Both the position numbers and the translations under genes were made by a program. A stretch of 64,000 bases of DNA from Pristiophorus japonicus (lineage: Eukaryota), in assembly GCF_044704955.1 (NCBI RefSeq), contig NC_091995.1, forward strand, positions 86,180,001 to 86,244,000. Reading direction: 5' to 3'. Of the stretch, positions 11,934-24,255 are shown in pieces (positions within the stretch are counted from its first letter, which is position 1; each line of letters opens with the position of its first letter). A model generated the notes under the pieces. The model had not been told where the DNA came from, searched no databases, and was given only the letters and a program-made list of their open reading frames with translations.

Positions 11934-14900
11934 TGTCATGTATTTAACCCTTGGCAACCTGTATCACACCACCAGCAGAGGGCCTACCTATTGGAGTCCC
12001 AAGGAATCCCAGCATCCCTTGGGAGCACTGTATAGAAGCAGGACACCCACGCGGTACCTGCACTCTGGAGTCTTATTAAAGGAGTTAAGGTCACACTTAC
12101 TCATTGCTCACAGTACTCAGTTTCATCCTTTATTATGAGCGTATCAATTGGCGACGAAATAACGAATAACCGTGCGAAAATGCAAAGAACAGTTGGTATC
12201 CTGGAGAAGTTCTCAGAAGGGGACGATTGAGAGGCCTTCGTGGAGAGACTCGACCAATACTTCGTGGGCAACGAGCTGGAAGGGGACGAAAACGCTTCCA
12301 AACGAAGGGTGATCCTCCTAACTGTCTGTGGGGCAACAACCTACAGCCTCATGAAGAATCTTCTAGCTCCGGTAAAACCAACAACTAAATCCTATGAAGA
12401 ATTGTGTACGCTGGTCCGGGAGCACTTAAATCCTAAAGAAAGTGCTTTGATGGCGAGGTATTGGTTCTACACGTGTCAATGGTCGGAGGGCCAGGAAGTG
12501 GCGAGCTACATCGCCGAACTAATGCGCCTCGCAGGACATTGCGAATTTGATGGATTCCTAGAACAAATGCTGAGAGACGTTTTTGTGCTTGGCATTGGCC
12601 ATGAGGTAATCCTTCTCAAACTATTGACTGTTGAAACTCCGAATCTGAGCAAAGCCATAACGATAGCCCAGGCAGTTATGTCCACCAGCGATAACACCGA
12701 ACAAATTTCGCAGCATAAGGAGGTTTCGGCCAGTACTGTGCACAAAGTAATGTTGTTTCCGAGCAGGGATATACATGGCAGAACGTACACGCCGGCTGCT
12801 GCACGAGCTCAGATGACCCAGAGTCTGCCATCAATCGTTAATGCGAGGCAGTTAACACCCTGTTGGCATTGTGGAGGTGATCATCGGGCCCATCAATGCC
12901 GCTTCAAGCACTATGCGTACAATGGCTGCAGAACAATGGGACACCTCCAGCAAATCTGCAGGCGAGCTGCAAACCACCACGTTGCAGAGGAAGATCGATC
13001 CACTGTGGATCAGGCTGAATTGGAGACTCGAACCGAGGAGGCAGAAATAAACGGGGTACATACCTTCACCACGAAATGTCCACCAATAATGTTAAAAGTT
13101 GAACTGAATGGTATTCTGGTATCCATGGACCTGGACACAGGTGCGAGCCAGTCCATAATGAGCAAAAAGGCCTTCAACAGGCTGTGGTGCAACAAGGCAC
13201 ACAGGCCCAAGCTGAGTACCATTCACACCAAACTAAGAACTTACACCAAGGAACTGATCCCTGTAATTGGCAGTGCAGAAGTCAAAGTCTCCTATGATGG
13301 AGCAGTGCACGAACTCCCCCTGTGGATTGTGCCAAGGGGTGTTTGGCACAAGCTGGCTGGGAAAAGTCCGCTGGAACTGGGACGACATCCGAGCGCTTTT
13401 GTCCGCCGCCGACGCCTCATGTGCCCAGGTTCTGAGCAGATTTCCATCGTTGTTCGAGCCAGGCATTGGAAGCTTCTCAGGGGCGAAAGTGCAGATCCAT
13501 TTGGTTCCCGGTACGCGACCCATCCACCACAAGGCACGGGCGATACCGTATATGATGCAAAAGAAAGTAAAAATTGAGCTGGACAGGCTGCAGCGAGAAT
13601 GCATCATCGCGCTGGTGGAATTCAATGAGTGGGCTAGTCCGACTGTCCCGGTACTTAAAGGTGATGGCACAGTCAGAATTTGTGGGGACTATAAAGTAAC
13701 AATTAACTGTTTTTCGCTGCAGGACCACTACCCATTACCCAAGGCAGACGACCTATTTACGACCCTGGCTGGAGGAAAGATGTTCATCAAGTTGGACCTG
13801 ACCTCAGCCTACATGACGCAGGAGTTGGAGGAATCTTCGAAAGACCTCACCTGCATCAACACGCACAAAGTTCTGTTCATCTATAACAGATGCCCGTTCG
13901 GGATTCGGTCGTCCGCGGCAATCTTCCAACGGAACACGGAGAGCCTGCTAAAGTCGGTCCCTCGCATCGTGGTTTTTCAGGACGACATAATGGTTACAGG
14001 TCAGGACACCATTGAGCACTTGAAGAATCTGGAAGAGGTTCTTAGTCGGTTGGATCGCGTGGGACTCAGGTTGAAACGCTTGAAGTGTGTTTTCCTGGCG
14101 CCGGAGGTCAAGTTCTTGGGAAGAAGAATCGCAGCAGACGGCATCAGACCCACCGACGCCAAGACGGAGGCCATCAAGAATGTGCCGAGGCCACAGAACG
14201 TGACGGAGCTGCGGTCGTCCCTGGGACTCCTCAACTATTTTGGTCATTTTATACACGGGTTAAGCACCTTGCTAGAACCCCTACATGTGCTACTGCGCAA
14301 GGGAGCTGACTGGGTGTGGGGGAATTCACAAGAGGCTGCCTTTGAGAAAGCCAAAAATCTGTTGTGTCCTGTATGACCCATGTAAACTACTAGTGCTAGC
14401 TCGCGATGCGTCGACATACGGGGTCGGGTATGTGTTACAACAGGCTAACGAATCGAGGATTTTGCAAACGGTTGCTTATGCGCCCAGGAATCTGTCCGAA
14501 AGGGCCTACAGTATGATTGAAAAGGAGGCTCTGGCATGCGTTTACGGGGTAAAAAAAATGCACCAGTACTTGTTTGGTCTCAAGTTTGAGCTTGAAACTG
14601 ATCACAAGCCGCTCATATTGCTATTCTCTGAGAGCAAAGGGATTAACACCAATGCCTCTGCCCACATCCAAAGATGGGCGCTCACGCTGTCAGCATACAA
14701 CTATGTAATCCGCCACAGACCGGGCACAGAGAACTGTGCTGATGCTCTCAGTCAGCTACCATTGCCCACCACCGGGGTGAAAATGGCACAGCCTGCAGAC
14801 TTGCTCAAGGTAATGGATGCATTCGAAAACGAAAAGTCACCCATTACGGCCTGCCAGATCCTTTACTGTCCTTGGTAAAAAAAACTGTGTCCTCCATGGG

Positions 14901-16328
14901 AGCTGCTCCAGCGTCCCAGCGGACAAAATGTCCTTGCAGGCGGACTGTCTGTTGTGGGGTAATCGCGTGGTCTTGCCCAAGAAAGGCAGAGAAATGTTCA
15001 TTCGTGACCTACACAGCACCCACCCAGGCACTGTAATGATAGCCAGATCCCATGTGTGGTGGCCCGGCATCGACTCAGATTTAGAGTCATGCGTGCGCCA
15101 GTGCAACACTTGCTCTCAACTGAGCAATGCACCCAGAGAGGGACCGCTAAGTTTGTGGTCGTGGCCCTCCAAACTGTGGTCGAGGATCCACGTTGACTAT
15201 GCGGCCCATTTCTAGGCAAAATGTTCTTGGTTGTCGTGGATGCATATTCAAAATGGATTGAATGTGTAATAATGTCTGTAAACACGTCCACGGCCACCAT
15301 TGAAAGCCTAAGAGCCATGTTTACCACACACGGCCTGCCTGATGTCCTAGTCAGCGACAATGGGTCGTGTTTCACCAGTGCTGAATTCAAAGAATTCATG
15401 ACCCGCAATGGAATCAAGCACGTCACATCTGCCCCGTTAAAGCGCGCATCCAACGGCCAGGCAGAACGGGCAGTTCAGACCATCAAGTAAAGCTTGAAAC
15501 GCGTGTCGGAAAGCTCCCTGCAGCCGGCTGTCCCGAGTGCTGCTCAGCTACTGCACCAGACCCCACTCACTCACCGGGATTCCCCCAGCCGAGCTGCTCA
15601 TGAAAAGGGCGCTCAAAACAAGGCTCTCTCTTATCCACCTGATCTCCATGATCACATGGAGGACAGGCAGCATCAACGAAGTATGTACCATGACCGCGCA
15701 AATTTGTCACGCGATATTGAGGTCAATGATCCTGTGTTTGTACTCAATTATGGACATGGTCCCACATGACTTGCTGGCACGATCATAGCCGAAGAAGGGA
15801 GTAGGGTGTTTCAGGTCAAATTGGCCAATGGACTAACGTGCAGAAAACATTTGGACCAAATCAAATTGCGGTTCACCAACAGCTACGAACAATTCGAAGA
15901 AGACACCACCAACTTTGACCCTCCAACACACACACAAGTGGCAACCGACATCATGGTTGACCACGAAGCCGAACTCACTATCCCCAGCAGCCTGGCAAGG
16001 CCGGCTGCCCAGCAGCCCAGCGAAGAACTAACCAACTCGCCCACATCCGCATTTGTACCGAGACTATCGACAAGGGAGCGAAAAGCCCCAGATCGTCTCA
16101 CCTTGTAAATAAGTGTACTATTGACTTTATGAGGGAGTGATGTTATGTATTTAACCCTTGGCAACCTGTATCACACCACCACCAGAGGGCCTACCTGTTG
16201 GGGTCCCAAGGGAGCACTGTATATAAGCAGGTCACCCATGCGGTACCTGCAGTCTTATTAAAGGAGATAATGTCACACTTACTCATTGCACACAATACTC
16301 AGTTTCATCCTTTATTATGAGCTTATCA
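11934..16328 (+). mobile_element. Ty3/Gypsy LTR retrotransposon 2, near full-length but decayed (gag-PR-RT-RH-IN)
   Basis: LTRs 11934-12146 and 16141-16328; TSD GTAAC; PBS TGGCGACGA; CCHC knuckle, DTGAS protease, RT FQDD, RNase H DAS/TDHKPL, integrase SDNG/NGQAER; stops and frameshifts; empty site at 33963-33967. Confidence 0.95.
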
Positions 16329-16644
16329 GTAACAGTTTTAAATCCACTTGCAAATGACAGGTCTAATAGGGCGTGCAGCGGGCATGCGCTCAGTCCATGC
16401 CGTAAGTGCGCCGTACGCCATATTGGTCAGTTTGCCTTGTCGTCGTCCAGGACGCCCACCTCAAACGGGCATTCGGTCCATTGCCCAAGCAAACCGGGAG
16501 CGCCCAACATCTGTTTCAGGCCACTTCGCCAAATTGGCCTGCGCCTGAGCGCGTCATGAACTGTGCGTGCCACGGTCAGTTTTCCCGGCGCACAGCAGCG
16601 AAACCAGCGATCCTTAAAGGAACTGCCATCCCTGAAAAAAAGAG

Positions 16645-17110
16645 GAAGACTTGGATTTATATATCATCTTTCTCGGCCTCAGGACCTCACAAAAGGCTTT
16701 ACAGCCAATGAAGTACTTTCTGAAGTGCAGTCACTGTTGTAATGTAATAAATGCTGTAGCCAATTTGTGCAAAGCAAGCTCCCACAAGCAGCAACGTGAT
16801 AATGACCAGATAATTTGTTTTGGTTATGTTGATTGAGGGATAAATAATAGTCAGAACACAAGGGATAACTCCCCTGCTCTTCTTCGAAATTGTGTTATGG
16901 GATCTTCTACATCCACCTGAGAGAGCAGACTGGGCCTCAGTTTCACGTCTCTTCCAAAAGACAGCACCTCTGACATTGCAACACAACTTCAGCACTGCAT
17001 TGGTATGTCAGCCTAGATTTTTGTGGTGCAAGTCTCTGGAGTGGAAGTTGTACCCACAACCTTCTGACTGACAGGCAAGAGTGCTACCCACTGAGCCATG
17101 GCTGACACTC
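16645..17110 (-). mobile_element. Same SINE family, minus strand; homologous copies at about 34280-34705 and 47795-48250
   Basis: Reverse complement of the 8125-8557 body. Confidence 0.65.
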
Positions 17111-17488
17111 AATGGCACACTTTTATTCCTGCTTACTCTTAATGGGGAATAAATAGTGTAAAGGAGACAATGAGTGCTGAGATTTCAGAGCACTGTTATC
17201 GCTGAACATCACATCAACCCTTTCTTAACTAAGCTGCACCTAGCTCTGGAGTTCAGCATGAAACTAGCGAACCTTGGATCTTGAATGACTTCGGAAGAAT
17301 TGATAGTCTGTTCCTCAATCGTTTTTATTATCTCAGTACAGGTAAAGATTAACCAAAGTTTGCAGAACTTGTTCCAGTTGGCTGTGGCTGGCAGCTGGTG
17401 TGAAAGTTCTTTCTGTTTGCACCAGTGAGGATAGGAGATATATGCATGTGACTTCTGACCAATGGCATCACCTATGTTGGTACAAGCC

Positions 17489-18446
17489 TGTGACTGCACA
17501 TCATCATCATCATAGGCAGGCCCTCGGAATCGAGGAAGACTTGCTTCCTCTCTTAACATGAGTTCTTTGGTGGCTGTACAGTCCAATACGAGATCCACAG
17601 TCTCTGTAACAGATGGGACAGATAGTCGTTGAGGGAAGGGGTGGGTGGGACTGGTTTGCCGCACGCTCTTTCCGCTGCCTGTGCTTGATTTCTGCATGCT
17701 CTCAGCGACAAGACTCGAGGTGCTCAGCGCCCTCCCGGATGCACTTCCTCCACTTAGGGCGATCTTGGGCCAGGGACTCCCAGGTGTCAGTGGCGTTGTT
17801 GCATTTTATCAGGGAGGCTTTGAGGGTGTCCTTGTAACCTCTCTGCTGCCCATCTTTGGCTTGTTTGTTGTGAAGCAGTTCCGAGTAGAGCGCTTGCTTT
17901 GAGAGTCTCGTGTCTGGCATGCGAACTATGTGGCCTGCCCAGCGGAGCTGATCAAGTATGGTCAGTGCTTCAATGATGGGGATGTTGTCCCAGATGAGGA
18001 CGCTAACGGTGCGTCTGTCCTCAAAGGGGATTTGTAGGATCTTGCGGAGACATCGTTGGTGGTATTTCTCCAGCGACTTGAGGTGTCTACTGTACATGGT
18101 CCATTGAGGCGTACGAAAGCATGGGCCTTACGCTAAACATCAGTCAGAGAAAAGGTCCTCCACTAGCCTGTCTTCGCCGCACAGCACTGCCTCCCAGTCA
18201 TCAAGATCCACGGCACAACCCTGGTCAACGTGGACCACTTCCCTTATCTCGGGAACCTCCTATCAACAAGAGCAAGCATTGACGACGAGATCCAACGGTG
18301 CCTCCAGTGCGCCAGTGCAGTCTTCGGCTGCCTGAGGAAAAGAGTGTTCGAAGACCAGGCCTCAAACCTGCCACCATGGTCTACAGGGCTGTAGTAATAC
18401 CCGCCATCCTGTGTGGCTCAGAGACATGGACCATGTGTCTGCACAT
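17489..18446 (-). mobile_element. RTE-clade LINE 3' fragment with 5' inversion
   Basis: (ATG)n tail at about 17500; sense part to 18104 ([22 protein letters not shown]); inverted part 18105-18436; about 13-bp TSD tgtgactgcacat/tgtgtctgcacat; empty site near 35085. Confidence 0.88.
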
Positions 18447-18569
18447 ACAAAGTTTATTATGATACACAACAAAGGGCGGACGCGAGCAAAAGCTCTGCAT
18501 GCACAGAATTAGAAAAAGAGAGGGAAATGCACTTGCGTGGTGGGAAAGGGTATAATTTTTATTGAGCGC

Positions 18570-19010
18570 AATTTGCCCATCACCCCCTGTGCTCATTGAC
18601 CTGCATTGGCTTCCGGTTAAGCAACGCCTCGATTTCAAATCCCTCCATGGCTTCGCCCGTCGCTATCTCTGTAATCTCCTCCAGCCCCATCACCACCACC
18701 CCCGGCCGAGATATCTGCGCTCCTCTAATTCTGTGCTCTTGAGAATCACTGATTATAATCGCTCAACCATCGTTGCCTGGGCCCCAAGCTCTGGACCCCA
18801 CTGCCTAAACCTCTCTGCCTCTCTACCTCTCTTTCCTCCTGAAAGACGCTCCTTAAAACATACCTTGTTGACCAAATTTTTGGTCACCTGCGCTAATTTC
18901 TACTTATGCGGCTCAGTGTCAAATTGCTTTATCCCATAATACTCTTGTGAAGCGCCTTGGGACATTTCACTATGTTAAAGGCGCTATATGAATACAAGTC
19001 GCTGGTGTTA
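18570..19010 (+). mobile_element. L2-like LINE 3' fragment (related pieces at about 30-250, 7040-7730, 19720-20080, 29790-30005, 35210-35660, 36370-36710, 42500-43200, 59770-59985)
   Basis: DLHWLPVKQRLDFK...PxYL...LRS motif and aagcgccttggga...taaaggcgctatataaat tail. Confidence 0.7.
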
Positions 19011-20085
19011 TTGTGGCACGTTGTCTACATTACAACAGTGACGACAATCAAAAAGTGCTTCATTGGCTGTTAAAGCTTTGGGGTGCCCTGAGGTCATGAG
19101 AAGCTTTTTTTTTTCAGAGTGATTATTTGCACTCGTGTTTTGAACATCCCTCTGCGCCTGCCCGCCCTGGACTCCGCCCCTACGCCTATGCATTCGCACC
19201 ACTGCCCCCTGAGGTGAGGATGGGGCAGGAATTGGGCTGGGGCGGTCAGGAACATCCTGGATGTGTCAGGAACTTGGGCTGGGTTATGGGGCAGGAACTT
19301 GGGCGGGGTGGAGGGAGCGCTATCCTGTCTGGAGTCGACAGTCAGAATGGCTCGAATTACACTTTGCAAAGTCACTGAGAACGTAAGCTGGGCAGTTCTA
19401 ATTATACACTCCCGGGTGTGTCTTTTCCTCCAAGGAGACCAATCAGCAATCAGGTCATGTGATCACGGAGAGCCAATCAGAGCATTTTGCTAGTGCAAAT
19501 AAGCGTGTCCTTTTCTTTAAAACAATTTTATGGGTGCTGAGCAATAGATGTACCTTTATCGATGCTCTGGCTGGCGTCAGGTAACTCAGCACACACCAGA
19601 GATTGAACCTAGGTTCTTTCTGATCTATGAGAGAGTGACTTTACCTCTGAATCATCTGAGTGGCTCATTCAGATGTGAGTCTTCCGCCTGTTTGACAATA
19701 GGGTAAATCTTGTTCCCTGTTGTCGTGTGTATCCTAACTCGCACCAAGTCCCGCTCATTGCCCCCTGTTCTTGGTGACTTACATTGGCTCCTGGTCAGGC
19801 AACACCTCGATTTTAAAATTCTCCACCTTGTGTTCAAATCCCTCCAGGGCCTCGCCCCCTCTCTATCGCTGTAGTCACCTCCAGCCCCACAACCCCCTGA
19901 GTTCTCCGTATTCCACTAATTTTGGCTTCTTGAACATCCCTGATTTTAATGGCTCAACCATTGGTGCTCATGCCTTCAGCTGCCTAGGTCCTAAGCTCTG
20001 GAATTCCCTCTCTTAACCTCTTCACCTCTCTACTTTTATCTCTTTTATTAAACTTTCGGCCAGCTGTTCTAATATCTCCTTATGT

Positions 20086-21853
20086 TTATATACAGGTGAG
20101 CAAGCACACATGCCACATGTGTGCAGCCCGATGACCTCCGACCTTGGTGCCCTCTGGTGTCTGGTGACCCCCCAAGCATTAATACATAACAACATCCCCT
20201 TTTAAAATCTTAATAACAGTCTTTTTACAAATTAAGATGGTCTGCGGCTTTCCTCTCACGAGTTGATCGTCTCAGTTCAACTTTGGCTCTGGGCAAGCAT
20301 TCTGAGTCCGTTGAGACTGAGGGCTGAGTAGCCGATCTGATGGGAGTGGTCATGACCACATCAGAGACTGAAGGTTCAGAGTCAGTAATGTCAGCAGAGT
20401 CCTCTGATGCGTGAACAATGTTTGGTTGGTCATTGACTGCATCTTCCTCACTTGGTTCCAATTCATCCATGTGCCGCAGTTTAACCTGGTCAAAGTGTTT
20501 CCTGCATGTTTGCCCATTCTTGAGCATGACAATAAACACTCTGTTACCCTCCTTGGCTGTAACAGTGCCGGCGATCCACTTTGGACCTTGACCATAGTTC
20601 AGTATATAAACCGGATCATTGACCGAGATGTCACGGGACATGGCAACACGATCATGACACCATTGCTGACTTTGACGTCTGTTTTCAACACGATCATTCA
20701 GATCTGGATGAACAAGAGAAAGCTTGGTCTTGAGATTTCCCTTCATCAGTAGTTCAGCAGGAGCAACCCCAGTAAGCGTATGATGTCTTGACCTGTAACT
20801 GAGCAATATACATGACAACCTTCTCTGCAGTGAACCCTGAGTTACACATTTCATACTTTGCTTGATCGTTTGAACGGCATACTCTGCTTGACCTTTAAAT
20901 GCAGGCTTGAATAGAACTGATCTCACATGTCTGATGCCATTGAGTTTCATGAACATCCGTGGCATTGTCTAAATCGACACTGTTGAGGCCCATGATTTCC
21001 CCCACAACGGCAACAGGGTGAAATCTGGTTCGAACCAGTTGCCGGGCTCTGAGCAATGGCAGCTCTGCCAGAAGACAACGCCATCTTGTTGACAGTACTT
21101 ATATCTGCCTCAAATTATCATCAGTCGTCATGCATGCCTGGGCAGTCGCGATGGCCTTTTTCAAATCCAGTGTCTCTGCAGCCAATAGTTTCCTGAGGAT
21201 CGCATCATGGTTGATGCCTATCATGACGACATCACGCAGCATGTCTTCCAGCATGTTCCCGAACTTACACGGCTCAGCAAGACGTCGCAGATCAACGACA
21301 AATCCCGACACGTCCTGGCCCATAGCACGAACATGCGTGTAGAAACGGTAGCATGATATGATGATCCCCGCTTTTGGCTTCAGATGGTTACCCACAAACG
21401 TACACAATTCCGCCGGACGTATAAGCGAGAGAAGATTCTTCATGAGGCCGTAAATTTTCGGACCACAAACGGTGAGGAGAACTGCCCTGAGCTTAACTAC
21501 GTAGGCCTCTGCCTCCATGCCATTGGCCACAAAATACTGATCCTGGCAGTCCACAAAATCCGCCAAATCCTCGCCCTCCACGAATCTCTCCAGGATTCCA
21601 ACGGTGCCCATTGTGCATGCGAAGGTTCTTAAATTACCTCGTCGTCAATTGTAATGACTCAAGAGTCTGGTTACTGTAAACTCACTCAGGTGCAACCTGA
21701 TCCCTCTTTATTGCAGCCCAAGAGTGCCAGCTTGACAAAGACACACAGCTTACATACAGTGAGCAAGCACATATGCCACATGCGTACAGCCCGCTGACCT
21801 CCGACTGCAGCTCCCTCTGGTGTTTGGTGACCCCCAAGCATTAATACATAACA
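20086..21853 (-). mobile_element. Ty3/Gypsy element 3, internally deleted (gag joined to integrase C-terminus)
   Basis: 5' LTR 21650-21853; truncated 3' LTR about 20086-20191 with PPT; gag ORF 21099..21611; integrase tail ORF 20225..20965. Confidence 0.88.
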
Positions 21854-21854
21854 G

Positions 21855-22300
21855 AGGGAAGGGGATGTAGGCAGGCAGAGGTGCTAAGGTAGAGTGGGGG
21901 ATACATTGAAGATGGTGATTTTAAATGCGATGCGCTAGAGGACAGAGAGCCAGTGTAGGTCAGCGCGAAGATGGATGATAGGTGAAAAGAACTTGATGTG
22001 AGACAGGATGAATTTTAGACAAGTGGATTTTGGGGAGGGTGGAGTTCAATGAGGAGAGTAATCGAGAAATTGAGTTCCAAGGTGATGGATGTGTTGGGAA
22101 GGGTTTTGACGGTGTTGTGAATGAACTAAAGGCTGAGGCAGGTGATGCTGCGGAGGTGGTGATGGATACAGAGGGCTTTGAAGCCGAACTCTTGATTGGA
22201 CAGATACTGTGGGTGCGCACAGTCCGGTTCAGCCTGAGTAAGCAGCAAGGAGGTGGATTGACTCGAGACGGCAAGGGTGCAAATTTGATGGTGCAGCCTG
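21855..22300 (-). mobile_element. L2-like LINE fragment; duplicate at about 51780-52230
   Basis: Degenerate RT C-terminal sequence adjoining the Gypsy-3 5' LTR. Confidence 0.5.
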
Positions 22301-22454
22301 AAAACAATGGCAAGGGTCTCCGTGTTGTGGCTTTATCTTACCCTCCAAGACTATCTTGGAGTAATAGATGAATTTGGCTCTGGAGAAGGAGGTATGGGAA
22401 TTCCAGACAAGGTTGAGCCACTTCTGACAGTAATGACAAGACCCTGTTGTGCAC

Positions 22455-22710
22455 CTGATATACCCCAGCCTAATTATAACTCTTTGATATACCTCACCCC
22501 TGTATATCTCTTGATATACCCCACACCCCTAACTGTAACACTCTGATATACCCCACACCCCTCACTGCAACACTATGATATACCCCACACCCCTCACTGT
22601 AACACTCTGATATACCCCACACTCCACACTGTAACACTCTTATATACCCCATACCCCACACTGTAACACTCTGATATACCCCACACCCCTCACTGTAACA
22701 CGATGATATA
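22455..22710. repeat. Minisatellite, about 32-bp unit CTGTAACACTCTGATATACCCCACACCCCTCA; duplicate at about 52380-52605
   Basis: Direct tandem periodicity. Confidence 0.9.
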
Positions 22711-22769
22711 TTGCACCATTTGTCCAGCAGTTTCTGAAATACCATATTCACTGCTTTCAAATCGCATTC

Positions 22770-23285
22770 AATGATATACCGCGCCCCATATTATCTGATA
22801 TACCACACTCCATATTATCTGATATACCACACCCCATATTATCTGATGACCGCACCCTATGTTATCTGATATACCACATCCTTTATTTTCAGATGTACCG
22901 CACCCCATATTACCTGATATACTACACCTTATATTCTGATATACCACACCCCATATTATCTGATATACCACACCCCATATTATCTGATATACCGCACCCC
23001 ATATTATCTGATATACCACATCCCATATTATCTGATATACCGCACCCCATATTATCTGATATACCGCATCCTACAATATCTGATATACCATAACCCACAT
23101 TATATGATATACCGCACCATATATTATCTGATATACCACACCCCATATTATCTGATATACCGCACCATATATTATCTGATATACCACACCCAATATTCTC
23201 TGATACACCGCACCCCATATTATCTGACATACCGCACCCCATATAATCTGATATTCCGCACCCTATATTTTCTGATACACCACCC
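22770..23285. repeat. Minisatellite, 24-bp unit ATATTATCTGATATACCRCACCCC
   Basis: Direct periodicity; produces the spurious ISDNMGCG / YQIIWGVV repeat ORFs. Confidence 0.95.
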
Positions 23286-24093
23286 GCTTTCGACAACATT
23301 CCTCGACAGATTGGGAAAACGAGTGACCAACTGCAATTCTGTTAATTTACAATAATGCAAGAATCATCAGTGAACTGATCAGTCACAGAAAAGGCTTTAT
23401 TTATGAATGATTCACATGAGCTGCTGTTTCAATGAATAAAGAAAATACAGGAAACGCACAGGTCAGTCAGAAGAGAAAGGCAGGTTGTGTCAAACTCCTT
23501 GATCAGAACAGATGCAGCCAGGTTGGTAAAGCTTCCTCAAGGGACCTCTGCAGCCTAAATCCACAGGTACTGGTCCCTGTGCTGGATAATCGGACCGCTT
23601 TCCATTTCAGGCCCCGCATCCCAGTCCCAGGTCAGGTATACCACAGCTAGATGTTAAAGCTCCCTGTACTCAGCCCCAACCTCAGAATGGTGCTTCATGC
23701 TGCTGTAATGTGGCACTTTTTACTATTCCCCACACTGACCGTCCTTAGGCCTGTTCAAGGGAAAGTAACAATTGGTGCATCAGCGATAATTATATGCTTA
23801 CAGGCCCAAATGTCTAAGAACGGAATTAAGAGCTCTCAGACCTTTGTCACGTGGAAGTCTGCCAGTCCGCATTAAGGGCAGACCTTCACCCAATTAGTCG
23901 AGAGCAGATTTGAATCCAGAGCCCAGAGATGAAAGGTCAGCCTTTAAACCATTGCACCACCCAATTCCAACCCGCCAGGTTCAATTGCAGGTTCCACTTG
24001 AACGATCTTTGTTCCTCCAGACAGCTGACAGACCTGCGTCAAATTTCCGGCATTTTTCTGCTTTCTTCAGATTTACAGCATCCATGAGTGTTT

Positions 24094-24099
24094 TTTAAT
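24094..24099 (-). promoter_or_regulatory. Candidate poly(A) signal ATTAAA just after the copy B stop (same in copy C near 54156-54161)
   Basis: ATTAAA 6 nt downstream of TGA; an alternative AATAAA lies at 23396-23401. Confidence 0.4.
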
Positions 24100-24105
24100 G
24101 TTGTC

Positions 24106-24255
24106 TCAAGCACTGAACTTCAAGGAGATCATTTTGAAGTTTTCGCCCACACCCAGGTAGGTGATTTTGCCCAGTGCCAGTCTGTTGGGGAAAACTATCA
24201 CGTGACCGTTTGGGAGTTTGATCTCAAAGTTTTCTCCCTTGAAAGTAATTTGTAT
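24106..24255 (-). CDS. lgals2: Galectin copy B exon 4 (150 nt incl. TGA)
   Basis: tttatttccag|ATACAAATT...AGTGCTTGA; encodes [49 protein letters not shown]. Confidence 0.93.
   Translation of the reverse strand: MQITFKGENFEIKLPNGHVIVFPNRLALGKITYLGVGENFKMISLKFSA

Noticed and set aside
12240-16108. Long gag/pol ORFs as a domesticated host gene or active element
   Set aside because: Multiple stops and frameshifts, LTRs and TSD still attached, and further decay in the duplicate
22768-23355. Repetitive ORFs (ISDNMGCG, YQIIWGVV, SDIPHPIL) as a repeat protein or CRISPR-like array
   Set aside because: They are by-products of a 24-bp minisatellite open in several frames; no unique spacers and no cas genes
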